Below, one piece after another: positions 13,661 to 28,319 of a stretch of 64,000 nt of DNA (positions are counted from its first letter, which is position 1; the number at the start of each line of letters is the position of its first letter). The stretch lies in NCBI RefSeq assembly GCF_009914755.1, contig NC_060938.1. The stretch is one strand, 5' to 3'. Origin of the DNA: the human T2T-CHM13v2.0 reference genome, Homo sapiens. Both the position numbers and the translations under genes were made by a program. The notes under the pieces are model-generated. The model was not told where the DNA came from and made no database searches. It worked only from the letters and a program-made list of their open reading frames with translations.

Positions 13661-15018
13661 TTCAATCCCATCTGAAAAAAAGAAATTGCCGTATTGCTGA
13701 AACATTTTTGTTTGAGTATATCTTCAGACAAAATTCAAATGTTAATGTCAAATATTATTATAAAATTATTAAAACTAATATGTTTGTTTCTATTTTTCTT
13801 TAAAAGGAGTTGTTAGCTTTGTGTTGCTCCAATGGACTTAATAGTTGGGCATTTCAGGGACAAAAACTTTAGTGTAATGTATCAAGGAACATATAAAGAA
13901 TACTAGCCTTAATTATACAGAGTCTAGGTCAATTTCTTAGATTGAGGTAGAGAGGAGTAACTCCATGGAATTTTTATAAATTAAAAGTTAAAAAGGTTAT
14001 CTGAAACACATATGGGACACAGTGACTGCAAGACTCAGATTTGCTTAGAAACGTGGGAAGAGTAGAATAAGCTAAAAAATAATTATAAATCTGGCAGTCA
14101 TAAGAGAAACAAAGAAATATGGAAAGAAAAGGAAGGATGACATGTCCCTTAGCTGAAGGAAGAGAGGAATTCTTTTGGGGAGAAGGATTAAGATATATGT
14201 CCATGTACATAGGTTCATAGGGTAAAGAAAATATATCACCCTTAGACCCAGAGTTTACAAGGATCATGAAAAAATAAAGGAATATCTTTTGAAAGTTGCA
14301 GATAGGGAGTCAATACAAGAGCATTTAGGGAGTCTTCTTTTGATGACCAGAAAGACTTTGCTAGTCATTATAGAAAATTTGGACAGGCTTGAGATGGCTA
14401 AGCTGGAAATTTCAGCACCAACCTTGGACATTATTTGATGAGTTTCAGGGTGACTGCAGTAACTGCAGGTAGGGAAGCACATATTTTTAAGTCTCTTGGG
14501 GGAAACATTGCCATGAAATTATAAAATTTTCAACTCTATGAGAATGCACATTAATTATGAAGCATATTAAAAGTGAGTCGGGCAAGACCAGTATAGACAA
14601 GTAAAGCATTGGGTTACAAATTATACTAATGGAAGGCTATTTACTGTGTGGAGTCATCCTGCTTAGGAAGTTGAAGGAGGGTAGAATGTATTTGAACAAT
14701 ACATTGTAGCTCATAGCATACCTTACACTTTATGATTTCATATCTCTCACTGTTGTGGAGGACTCCATAAGGCAGAATATGGAGTTAAAAAGAGCAAATT
14801 TGAGAGCTAGAAATAATGAAAAGGATATTAAATCAGTATCAACGAGAAATGAATATTATTATTATTACTTCTTGGGATAGAGAGGGAACAGGTATAACTT
14901 AAGGATCATGTGAAATTGTTGAAACTTGCTTAAAAGGAATAGAACTGTAGAAAAAGGTGTGAGGCTGGAGATCCATTCCATTATTACAGGAAACAAGATG
15001 GTAGAAAGAGGAGTTTCT

Positions 15019-16559
15019 GTTCCCAAATCTGGGAGTGTTCTTTGTGAGGGTGGAATGGAATCTCTGTGACAGGGGACTAGATGAAGGACTCTTGAGAAGC
15101 TGATGTTCAGGAATGGTCACAGGTCCCAGTAAACTCACTTTAATATCTGATGTCTGTGGTGTTGAAAAGGTGTTTGGGGTCAATGTTTTCTTGCTCCACC
15201 ATCATGAACTGACTCCAGTACACCAGGGGCAGGGAAAGCAGGCGCTTGATCACCTTGAGTTGACACTTGATGTCCTGTAACATTGTCACTGGGTCTGGAC
15301 TGGGCACAGCATGGGCCACTACTGTAGGGCCAAAGACTTTAACCAGATTGGCAACATCCATTTTAGTATGTGAAATCTGAGCCACACTCTGCACCAACCT
15401 AGGACAACAAGGCAACTCTTTTGCTTCTCCAATGCTCAAGTGAAGTCACATCTGCCTATTACTTCCCAGCATTGACTGACTATAAGAAAGAACATACCTG
15501 TACTCTCTGCTCTGCAGCCTCCTGTACTCATTACTACTTTTAGCGTTCTCCAGGCTTTTAATCAACTTTAATTGTGCATGAGGGTTTTAATAAAACTACA
15601 TATATCTCCCCTTCCTTCTCCTTGAGTCACATAATATCAGTACCTTGTGCTGGTCATTGTTGGGAACTTTTAGATGAGAGATCTTTCCAGGAGTAGAAGG
15701 GTTAGTATGGAATTGGTTGTGATTCTTTTTGGGGAAGGGGGTTATTATCCCTTTGGCTTAAAGCCAAATGCTGCTCATGGAATGAATGGTCTTTCTCTAG
15801 TTTCATTTAGAACTAATTTCCATGAGACAGTGACAGAAACGGTACCTATCTGATAAGATTGGCTTATCTCACGGTGGAAAGTGGGAGGGCAGGGCAAAGA
15901 AAGGATTAGACCAGAGGATTTAGGATGCCTCCTTCTAAGAACCGGAAGTTCTCATTCCCCATTATGAACTGAGCTATAACATGGAACTTTCATAAAAATG
16001 GGATACATTGAGGACAGAACTAGTGATGGGAGTGTGTGTAGCTTTAATTTGGATGATTAGGTCTTAATAGTGTTGAGTGGCACAACCTTGTAAATGTGAA
16101 AGTACAACTTGTATTTATCTCTAATGTGCTGCTGGCTGAACTTTGGGTTCATTTGGGATCAAAGCCAGTTTTTCTTTTAAAATTGAATTCATTCTGATGC
16201 TTGACTCCCATACCCCCAACCTTGTCCAGTGGAGCCAAACTTCTAAAGGTCAATATGTCGTCCTTTGGCATCCCAATTAACAATAAAGAGTAGGCTATAA
16301 GAGAAAATTGTCAATATTTTGTGTGGTAAGAAAAGCCATAGTCATTTTTTCTTTGAACTTTGGATGCTGAAAATTTCCCATGGAACATAGACACATCTAG
16401 ATAGATGTGAGCTTTTTCGTCTGTTAAAATTTTTCTTAATGTCTGTAAAAATGACTTTCTTTTATAGAATGTTTGACTTCTTGTTGACACTTATCTGTAA
16501 AACACCTATTTGGGATAATATTTGGAAAAAAGTAAATAGCTCTTTCAAGATGAAAAAAA
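15019..16559 (+). pseudogene. RACGAP1: RACGAP1 processed pseudogene, 5'-truncated, with inverted 5' segment (15019-15392 on minus)
   Basis: Minus: [35 protein letters not shown]...LTKNTPRFG; plus: [16 protein letters not shown] with TGA at 15441-15443, then 3' UTR, AGTAAA 16531-16536 and short A tail; TSD AAAGAGGAGTTTCT/AAAAAGGAGTTTCT at 15005-15018 and 16555-16568; no introns. Confidence 0.93.
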
Positions 16560-16849
16560 GGAGTTTCTATTTCTAATGAACTAGTACAGGTTAAAAAATG
16601 TTGATAAGTTAAAAACTGAACTAATGAAAAACTTTGGGGACAAAAATATATCAGATGTCAGACACAGACAGTCTTATGGGGTCATAAGATTTAAAAACAT
16701 AGAAATTTGAGATGATTATCTAGTGGTACAAATGTGGGAACCAGGGATAACATTCTGCTTTGAATGAGAATTAGTAAGCTCAAGGATTTCTAGACCAGGA
16801 AGTAATAACACCTGCCTTTTTGATATAGGAGTCTTTCTAAGGCTATGAC

Positions 16850-18552
16850 ACAGAGAAAAACACGTGACTTAGACTGTGGGAAATGCAAGACATGAAATTT
16901 GCTTGGAGGAAAGTGGAAGGTACTCTATTTGTAACAGAGAGTGGAAGCCACTAGTGTGCCAAGAAACTTATAACTTACAAATTAAGTTGTCCATATATGA
17001 AGTAGACATCAAAGGATAAAATAAAGCCTTGGTGTAAATCCTGAATCCTATCGTCACCATTGTGAATTTCTACAAAATTTAAATAAGATACAAATGTTTA
17101 GATTTTATTCCTCCAGAGAAGAGGAAAGATGGCAGGAGGATTTTCTCCCTTTGGATGTGGAGCACCAGTGTCACAATTACTTTCTTGAGAGGATACTTCT
17201 CCCAATTGCATTTACATCACAGGTCATGGGCATTAAATACTGACAAGAATTCACCAGCTTTCTGGCAAGACTGAAAGAAGAAAATGATTTTTTCTTTTAT
17301 GTTCTGTTTTATTTTTCTACACTTCAGTAACAACTATTCCCCAATAACACAAGGTGTCTGCTGTCTGATTTATTTGAGCAGCAAAGCAACATGGGTCTCT
17401 TTGTAATATATGCTTTGTTCTAATAGTATTATTTTTGGAGATAGATGTGTTAGCAGTAAGATACTGAATTTTCTTAGATTAGGCTTTAATGTTATGGAAA
17501 AAAGCAAGGGAATGCTAGATTAATATACTTGCTTCTTGGAGTATAGGGAAAATTTAAAAACTGGTAGGAAAAATAAGTACAATCTTGTGATTTAGGATTC
17601 TAAAAGCAAATCGTTGCTATGAGGGATAAAAGGTTCAAAAAATATATTTTTGCTTTAAATTCCTGAAAAAATATAAAGAAAGGGAAAAAGAGAAGACCTA
17701 TGGAAGTTATTATAACTGTACTAGATAATCTTTGATACAAATCTAATACATACACGTGTGCACATGGAAGAAAAGGCTTATGAATAAAGAGGAAACATAA
17801 AAGTTGTTTTTTTTTTAGAGTAGCTAGAGCTCAGAATAAACTAAAGTTCACAGAATTGCTAAAGAAATATTAAACTTCTAAGTTCTATTTTGAAGAGCAT
17901 GGGGCAAGACAACACTTCTTTTTTTTAATTATACTTTAAGTTTTAGGGTACATGTGCACAACGTGCAGGTTTGTTACGTATGTATATATGTGCCATGTTG
18001 GTGTGCTGCACCCATTAACTCGTCATTTACATTAGGTATATCTCCTAATGCTATCCCTCCCCCCTCCTCCCACCCCTTCTGCCGAACATTATGTAATACT
18101 CATAGATGAGTTAGAATAGAGTGATTCAATTCTAATTGAACTTTCGTTTTACATGAAGAGGAGAAATCTTAAAATTGGAAAGGGCAGATCATAGTGTGTC
18201 ATGCAGAAACTGAAATCTCAGGAAGGTGAGGAAATAGGGAGCATACACTTTCTTTCAGTAAGTTCGGGTCTGTAGGCCCCGAGGAAGTACATCCTAGAGA
18301 TCTGAAAGGATTTTAAGATCATGACTCACCCCAATTACCAATTCTCTGTTGTTCTTCATTTTGTGAGAAATAAAATGGGAAACAAATTATGAATAAATGT
18401 TTTCCTGGCTTTCTAAAAGGTGAACACTGGATTTTGTAATCTATGATAGGTGAGCTTGACATGGATGGTTATCATGATAAAATAGATATTAAAATAATTA
18501 GTTTGAACAGTTAGAAGGAAGTGATGAACAGTCATGAGTTTTCCAAGAACAA
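16850..18552 (+). mobile_element. L3/CR1 LINE ORF2 relic, part 1
   Basis: Matches recalled L3 consensus blocks: GCTAGAGCTCAGAATAAACT, TGGAAAGGGCAGA..GGTGAGGA, GGCCCCGAGGAAGTACATCCTAGAGATCTGAAAG, GTGAGCTTGACAT; left boundary uncertain. Confidence 0.7.
17917..18077 (-). mobile_element. Short L1PA 3' end
   Basis: T tract then ATACTTTAAGTTTTAGGGTACATGTGCAC; truncated in the G-rich tract; no clear TSD. Confidence 0.9.
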
Positions 18553-18569
18553 TTTATTTTACAAATTTG

Positions 18570-20085
<1,516 letters not shown>

Positions 20086-21089
20086 AAAATCCATCATTGT
20101 TTCCACTTAGGCTGTGGATCTCATCTCCTTTTGCTGTTCAGGGCCCTCTCTTATGCATTATGAGTTTCTGTCAGAATCCTAATCATTCAAACATGCCATA
20201 ATATCAGCCACCAACAAGAAGAAAGAATATCCCTGAAATGCTTGTTCTTCTCAGCTACTTCCATTTATCACTGATTCTTTTTATAGCATATTTTATTAGA
20301 ATTAATTGCACAATTGGTCCTTCATTCCCATTATTCTATTGAACTGGCTATTATTATGGTCAAATGACTTACACTTCGGCATATAGATTGAAGAATTCTG
20401 TCTTTATTTAAAGTGAAACTCGCAACAATGTTCAATGTACTTTCTTAAAACATTTCTCTTTGCTTTCTTAATACCATGTTATCCAGGTTTTTCTCCTATC
20501 TCATTGGTTTTTACTCTTTTTATCTTTTGCTGGTATCTTCTCCTCTTTCTCATCTCTAAATTTGGAGTGCTTAAGGGATAAATCCTGGGCGTTTGTCCTT
20601 AAATATCACCTATAATACTAAATATGTATCTTTAACCCTAACTTTTTTGCTAAACTCCAGAATCAATTTTCTTTAACATTTAAACCTAGATTTCCAACCG
20701 TTATCTCAAAATTATCATGTCCAAAACAGAGCACTTAACTTACTGGCTTTCCAAATCTGCATAAAAACTTGTCTTCATTGGGCTTTCCCATTTCAATTAA
20801 AATCTCCACCATTCATCTCTTTGATTAAGCCAAAAATTTTAGAGTTATTTCCAATTCATCAGTAAGGTATGTTGGCTCTTCTTCAAAATATTCCCTGAAT
20901 TTTATCATTTACAAATTATTTCTATTTTATAAATTTGTACAAGCTAAGCTTATGTTCTCATATGCCTAGACCATATCTTCCTGTTTTATCATTTTTGCTC
21001 TTGTATCACTATTCTCTATTTCTCTCAAAGTAACCAGGTTGGACTTCTAAAAGGAAAAATCAGATCATGTAACTTTCTTGGTCTAACAC

Positions 21090-21221
21090 TAGGACAATCA
21101 TATGTTCTGTTTGCTCTCTACAGTCCCAGTTTATCACTTTTATCCTGGTGTAATTATCAATAGTGTTCTTTTCACTCTTAAAATAATCATGTTTTAGACA
21201 ATAAGATATATGGTCACCCTA
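21090..21221. mobile_element. MER94-like hAT-Blackjack MITE
   Basis: ~130 bp ending TATATGGTCACCCTA; internal CAGTCCCAGTTTA and TTTCACTCT. Confidence 0.65.
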
Positions 21222-21560
21222 CTTAAAACCATCTAATGACTGTGCGTTACAAATAGGATAAAACCCGCCCTTCTTACTATGGCCCATAAGATCATATATG
21301 TCCTTGCATGCCTTTCTGTGCTCTCCTCTTACAGTTTCCTGTGTGGTTCACTACATTTACATTTCTTCTATTAATAACATTTGTTTTTTTTTCCTAGCTG
21401 TTTTCCCTGCCTGAGATGTTCTTCCTCCAGATCATCAGGTGGACAACTCCTTCTCATCATTTTGGGCTCAGGTCTAGTTTTTCCTCCTCAAAGAGAATTT
21501 CTGTGATCATTTAATCTAAGTTAGTGTCTTCCATTTACTTTCTATCCCCACACTGTTTTT

Positions 21561-21756
21561 TTAATACTTTTAAGTTCTGGGGTGCATGTGCAGGGCGTGC
21601 AGTTTTGTTACATAGGTATACACGTGCCATGGTGGTTTGCCGTACCCATCAACCCGTCATCACCTACATTAGGTATTTCTCCTAATGCTATCCCTCCCCT
21701 AGACGCCCACCCCCTGACAGGCCCCAGTGTGTGATATTCCCCTCCCTATGTCCATG
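21561..21756 (-). mobile_element. Short L1PA7/8-like 3' end
   Basis: 15-bp TSD CCCCACACTGTTTTT at 21546-21560 and 21757-21771. Confidence 0.92.
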
Positions 21757-22243
21757 CCCCACACTGTTTTTGTTTTATATTTTTTCTCATAGTACTTACC
21801 ATTGCACAAAATTATTTACTTACACTTAAAGTCTGTCTCGCCTCTAAGAATGTATGTTCCATGAAGTCAGTGGCTTTCCTTTGTTCACTGCTGTATTCCC
21901 AGTTCTTAGAATAGTTCTTAGAATATTGCGTACTTGGTAGGTGCGCAGTACATTTTTAAATAAATGAATGAACGCAGAAGTTATTAGAGACCCTGATAAA
22001 AGTAGTTCAAATGGCGTAAGGGGGAAAACTTTTCACTGTAAAGTGAATAAGAGGCAAGGAATTGAAAGCATTGAGTTTAGACAATTCTTTCTACAAGTAT
22101 CGTAAGTCCCAGTTATATATGCAAGTCACAATGTTAGGAGATTTGGGGACTAAAAACAGTTGATAACATGGTTCTTATGCTCAGGATTTTTTGTTAGGAA
22201 TTAGAGGATCAATAGACATAAGTACAGGGTAAGTCACTGTACT

Positions 22244-22305
22244 TATTATTCTTAATAAGTACTTAATACAGGTATATTATTCTTAATAAGTACTTAATAC
22301 AGGTA
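22244..22305. repeat. Exact 31-bp tandem duplication
   Basis: TATTATTCTTAATAAGTACTTAATACAGGTA twice. Confidence 0.95.
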
Positions 22306-22520
22306 AGTCACTGTATTATTCTCTTTTCACTATTAATATGCTTATGAGATTGATAAAGAATGCCTAACAATAGGTGTACTGTACCTTTATATTATTAGGG
22401 CACTTGACAAAGTATCTTATGATCTTTGTGCCAATAAAATAGCAAAATGTAGGCTGAATGAGAAGGCAAGATTAAGAGGCAGCTGAAAGCTTGTCCTCAG
22501 AAGATTGGTTAGCCAGAGTG
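22305..22520 (+). mobile_element. L3/CR1 relic, part 2 (RT region)
   Basis: GGCACTTGACAAAGTATCTTATGATCTTTGTG..AAATGTAGGCTGAATGA resembles the CR1 RT KAFDKV block; resumes where part 1 stops. Confidence 0.7.
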
Positions 22521-23018
22521 GTGTCAATTTAAATCCAGCTCTTAAGTAGAGCAGGCTTTGGAAATATATACCTGAATTTATCTTAGTGAATAATTGTATC
22601 CTGCAAAGTGAGAGTAACCAGCAATATTTTGGGATACAGAGAGTTTATGCACTATGCTTTTCTCCCAGAAAGCACAGGAAAAATCCCCAAACCTAAGAGT
22701 TATATTTACAGGCTTTTAAAAGTCATCCTCTGCTATCATGGATCTAACTCTTAAATTTTTCACTGACAGAACACCTACTATAAATAACTGGGAGATAAAC
22801 TCTGATTATAGCTTCCATTTAATTAACATCCACTCCTAACAGAACTTATTATTTGCTCATGAAACTGAAATTTACTATGGTATAGAAAAACTAATGTCTC
22901 ATATGTATTTCGGCCCAAAGGAGAAGAAATGTGGAAGTGGGAAGTTAATGAAGAAAATGGATGTGCATCAAGGTAGAAAGAAAATGCTCACTTTTGTAAA
23001 TAGGGTTTTACTTTACGG

Positions 23019-23234
23019 CCATGGTTCTTAACCAGGAGAAATTGTGCTTTCCAGGGGACATTTGACAATATGTGGAGATATTTTTGATTGTCATGACAGG
23101 TGATGGATTTCTACTGTCATCTAGTAGGTAGAGCTGGGGATGCTGTTAACCCTTCTGCAGTGCACAAGATAGCTCCCCAAAACAAACAGCTATCTGATCC
23201 AAAATGTTAATAGTACCAAGGTAGAGAAACGCTT
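23019..23234. mobile_element. MER20 (hAT-Charlie)
   Basis: CCAGGGGACATTTGACAAT...CATCTAGTAGGTAGAG...CCAAAATGTTAATAGTACCAAGG. Confidence 0.8.
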
Positions 23235-23242
23235 CTTTAGAA

Positions 23243-23422
23243 AGAGCCTCTTACATTTTGGTGTGCATCAGAATCACCTGGAGAGTTTGTTAAAACATAT
23301 TCCTATGTGGGGGTCTAGAGTCAGAATTAGAGTTTCTGATTCAGGATGTCTGGATGGGACCTGAAAATATAACACATCCTAGAAACACTGATGTTGCTGC
23401 TCTGAAGATCACACCACTGCTC
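23243..23422. mobile_element. MER5A (hAT-Charlie)
   Basis: GCATCAGAATCACCTGGAGAG..TGTTAAAAC..TTCTGATTCAG. Confidence 0.75.
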
Positions 23423-23439
23423 TAGGGCCAGTATTTTTA

Positions 23440-23747
23440 TTGTATTTATTTATTTATTTATTTTGAGATGGAGTTTCGCTCTTGTTTCCTAGGCTGGAGT
23501 GCAATGGCACGATCATGGCTCACTGCAACTCTGCCTCCCAGGTTCAAGCAATTCTCCTGCCTCAGCCTCCCGAGTAGCTGGGATTACAGGCATGCGCCAC
23601 CACATCCGGCTAATTTTTGTATTTTTAGTAGAGACAGGATTTCACCATGTTGGACAGGCTGGTCTTGAACTGCTGACCTCAGGTGATCCACCTGCCTTGG
23701 CCTCCTGAAGTGCTGGGATTACAGGCGTGAGCCACTATGCCTGGTGA
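23440..23747 (-). mobile_element. AluSp/Sq-like
   Basis: 13-bp TSD GCCAGTATTTTTA at 23427-23439 and 23748-23760. Confidence 0.95.
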
Positions 23748-23829
23748 GCCAGTATTTTTAAAAGCAATTTTTAAAACTGCTGAAATAAAAAATAAAAATT
23801 GAAAATAAAAACTACCAATGTTTTCATGA

Positions 23830-24800
23830 TACAGAACAGTTTCATCACTACAAAAAATTTTCCTGAGTAATGCATTTGTAGTCACATCTTCCTTCTACCC
23901 CTAATCTCTGGCTAATCACTGATTTATTTATGATCACTATCTGTCTTCCTGAGAATATTAAGTAAATGGAAGCATGCAGTATGTAACCTTTTGAGAAATC
24001 TTTGGTTTCTTCCACTTAGGCTTATGCCTTTGCGATTCAGTCAAGTTATTCTGTGAATCAGTATTTTTTTAAATTGCAGAATAGTATTCCATTGTATGGA
24101 TACATCACAGGTGTTTTGTTTGTTTCTTTGTTTAATCCAGTCACCTGTGATGGGCTTTTGGTTTGCTCCCAGATTTTTGTGGTTATAAATAGAATTGCTA
24201 TAAGCATTCCAGTGGTACAGGTTTTTGTGTGAACATAAGTTTTCATTTCTCTAAGGTAAATACTCAAGATAAGTATTGTTGGGCACATGATAAATGTTTA
24301 TTTATTAGAAACCGTAAAACTGTTTCAAGAGTGGCTATACCATGTAACGTCCCCAAAAGCTATGTATGAGAATTCCAATTGCTTTGGATCCATCTCGGCA
24401 CTTGGTATTGTCAGTAATTTTTATTTTAGCCATTCTAATACATAAGTAATGATATCTTAGCATGGTTTAATTTTCATTTTCCAAATGGCTAATGATGTTG
24501 AACATTTTTTCATGTGTTTATTTGCCATCTCTGTGTCCTTTTCCATGACATGCCTGTTCAAGTTTTTTTTTTGCCCATTTTAAAGACTGGATTATTTGTT
24601 TTCTTACAGTTGAGCTGTGAGAATTTTTAATATATGTTCTGAAATATACATACATATATATATATATCCTTTGTTGGATATGATTTGCAAATATATTCTC
24701 TAGTCTTTTGCTTGTCTTTTCATTACCTTAATTGTGTCTTTTGCAGATAAAAATTTTTACTTTTTTTTCTATGAATTGTGGTTTTGGTATGATGTCTAAG
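23830..24800 (-). mobile_element. Old L1M (MC/MD-like) 3' end
   Basis: Peptide YLREMKTYVHTKTCT..FIITKIW; old L1 3' UTR. Confidence 0.75.
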
Positions 24801-25271
24801 AGCTCGCTAGTTGTTTTCTATTTGTTCCAACTGTTCCTTTTCTTTACCCTCCTTCGCTATCTACTCATGGATTATTTGAGTACTGTTTATGCTTCCATTT
24901 TATCTCCATTATTGACTTACTAGTTATACCTCTATTCTTAATTTTTAGTTGGATGCCCTAGAGTTTAAAATATACATTGTTAATTTATCACATTTTAAGT
25001 TTATCATAGACTAATATACAATTTCATGAGGAGTATAAAAATCTTAGAACTGTATACTTCCCATTTGTTTCTCTCATTCTTTGTACTATAGTTGTCATGT
25101 ATTTTATTTTACATGTTCTAAGTTCAGAATATATTGTCTAAAGCAAAAATACTATTATCCATTAAAGTGATTGAGAATAAGAAAAAAGTATCTTTTAAAA
25201 TTATCCTTTATTTTTGCTAATTTGAGAACTCTTAATTTCTTTTAGTAGCTTCAAGTTTCAATCATTTCTTT

Positions 25272-28001
25272 TATAAAAAGAATTAATATTCTGAAAAATA
25301 AAGGAGGAGGGAATACGTCCAAACTCGTTCTACAAGGCCAGTATTACCCTGATACCAAAACCAGACAAAGACACATCAGAAAAACAAAACTATAGGCCAA
25401 TATTCCTTATGAATATTGATGTAAAATTCTCAACCAAATACTAGTAAACTGAATTCAACAGCACATTAAAAAGATTATTCATCATGGCCACATCAGATTT
25501 GTCCCAGGGATGCAAGGATGGTTCAACATTCACAGATAAATTAATGTAATACATTATATCAACAGAATGAAGGACAAAAACCATATGATCATTTTATTTG
25601 CTGCTGAGAAAGCATTTGATGAAATTCAATATCCCTTCATGATAAAAAAAAAATCCTTAAAAAAACTGGATGTAGAAGGAACATACCTCAACACAATAAA
25701 AGCCATATATGACAGACCCAGAGCTAGTATTATATTGAATGAAGAAAAACTGAAAGCCTTTCCTCTAAGATTAGGACCACAACAAGGATGCCCACTTTCA
25801 CCGCTGTTATTTGACATAGTACTGGAAGTTCTAGCTAGAGCAATCAGACAAGAGAAGGAAATAAAGGGCATCCAAATAGGAATGAAAAAAGTCAAATTAT
25901 CCTTGCTTTCAGGTGGTATGGTCTTACATTTGGAAAAATCTAAAGACTCCACCAAAAAATCTACTAGAACTGATAAAAAAATCAGTAGTTGCAGGATACA
26001 AAATCAACATACGAGAAACAATAACATGTCCATACTCCAACAGTGAACAATCTGAAAAAAAATCAAGAAAGTAATCCCATTTACAATAGCATAAAATAAA
26101 ATAAAATAAAATACCCAAGAATAAACTTACCCAAAGAAGTGAAAGATCTCTATAATGAAAACTATAAAACATCGATGCAAGAAATTGAAGAGGGCACAAA
26201 ATAAAATGGAAAGATATTCCATGTTCATGGATTGGAGAAATCAATATTGTTAAAATGTCCATACCATCTAAAGCAATCTACAAATTTAATGCAATGCATA
26301 TGAAAATAGCAATGACATTCTTCACAAAAATAGAAAAATTAATCCTAAAATGTATGCAGAACCACAAAAGCTCCAGAATAGCCAAAGGTAATCTTGAGCA
26401 AAAGGAATAAAACTAGAAGAATTACATTACCTGACTTTAAATTATACTACAGAGCTATAGTAACCAAAATGGCACTATACTGGCATAAAAACAGACACAT
26501 AGATCAGTTGAACAAAATAGAGAACTCAGAGATAAATTCATAGACCTACAGTGAACTCATTTTTGATAAAAAGGCCAAGAATACACATTGGGGAAAGGAC
26601 AGTCTCTTAAATAAATGGTGCTGGAGAAGCTGGATATCCATATGAGAAGAATAAAACTAGACTGCTATTGCTCACCATATACAAAAATCAAATCAAAATG
26701 TGTTAAAGACCTAAATCTAAGACCTCAAGCTATGAAATGTCTAAGTAAAAACATTGAGGAAACTCTCCAGGAAATTGGATGGGGCAAAGATTTCTTGAGT
26801 AATACCCCACAAACACAAGCAACCAAAGCAAAAATTGACAAATGGAGTCACATCAAGCTAAAAAGCTTCTGCACAGCAACATAAATAATTAACAAAGTAA
26901 AGAGACAACCTGAAGAATTGGAGAAAATATTTGAGAACTACCCATCTGACAAGAGATTAATAACCAGAATATATAAGAAGCACAAACCAACTCTATAGGA
27001 AAAAATCTAATAATTCAATTAAAAAATGGACAGAGGATATGAATAGACATTTCTCAAAAGAAGACATGCAAATGGCAAACAGGTATATAAAAAGCTGTAC
27101 AAAATCATTGAGCATCAGAGAAATGTAAATCAAAACTACAATGAGATATCCTCTTACCCCAGTTAAAATGGCTTATATTCAAAGACAGACAATAAAAAAT
27201 GCTGGAGAGGATGTGGAGCAAAGGCAGCCCTCATACACTGTTGGTAGGAATGTAAATTAGTACAGCCACTATGGAGAACAGTTTGGAGGTTCCTAAAAAA
27301 TAAACTAAAAATAGAGCTACCATACAGTCCAGCAATCCCACTCCTAGGTATATACCCAAAAGAAAGGAAATCAGTATATCGAAAAGATAGCTGCATTACC
27401 ATGTTTATTGCAGCATTATTCACAATAGCTAAGATTTGGAAGCAACCTAAGTGTCTATAAACAGATGAATGAATAAAGAAAATGTGGTACTTACAAACAA
27501 TGTAATATTTTTCAGCCACAAAATAGAATGAGATTCTGTCATTGGCAACAGCATAGAAGTAACTGGAGATCATTATGTAAAGTGAAATAAGCCAGGCACA
27601 GAAATACAAACATTGCATGTTCTCACTTATTTGTGGGAGCTAAAAATTAAAACAATTGAACTCATGGAGATAGAGAATGGGAGGACAGCTACCAGAGGCT
27701 GGGAAGGGTAGTGGGGGGAAGGAGGAATTTGGGATGTTTAAGGGGTTCAAAAAAAGTTAGAAAGAGTGAATAAGACCTAGTATTTGATAGCGTAACAGGG
27801 TGACTATAGTAAAAAATAATTTAACTGTACATTTTAAAATAATTAAAAGAGTATATTTGGGTTGTTTCTAACACAAAGGATAAATGCTTGAGATGATGAA
27901 GATCCATTGTACCCTGATGTGATTATTACACATTGTATGCCTGTATCAAAATATCTCATGTATCCCATAAATATATACACCTACTATGTACCCACAAAAT
28001 T
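25272..28001 (+). mobile_element. L1MA3-like, 5'-truncated ORF2 and 3' UTR
   Basis: RT peptide [28 protein letters not shown]; 3' end CCTACTATGTACCCACAAAA. Confidence 0.9.
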
Positions 28002-28294
28002 TTTTTTGTTATACTTTAAGTTTTAGGGTACATGTGCACAACGTGCAGGTTTGTTACATATGTATACATGTGCCATGTTGGAAACCATCATTCTCAGCAA
28101 ACTATCGCAAGGACAAAAAAACAAACACTGCATGTTCTCACTCATAGGTGGGAATTGAACAATGAGAACACATGGACACAGGAAGGGGAACATCACACAC
28201 CGGGGCCTGTGGTGGGGTGGGGAGAGGGGGGAGGGATAGCATTAGCAGATATGCCTAATGTTAAATGACGAGTTAATGGGTGCAGCACACCAAC
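28002..28294 (-). mobile_element. Short L1PA with twin-priming 5' inversion
   Basis: Minus 3' end 28002-28080, plus-strand upstream piece ~28079-28297; 16-bp TSD ATGTACCCACAAAATT at 27986-28001 and 28295-28310. Confidence 0.92.
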
Positions 28295-28319
28295 ATGTAC
28301 CCACAAAATTCAAAAATTT

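Larger units (their letters stand above)
20090..21972 (+). mobile_element. L2 nested in the minus-strand L2
   Basis: Pyrimidine-rich L2 sense blocks ending AAATAAATGAATGAA. Confidence 0.75.
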
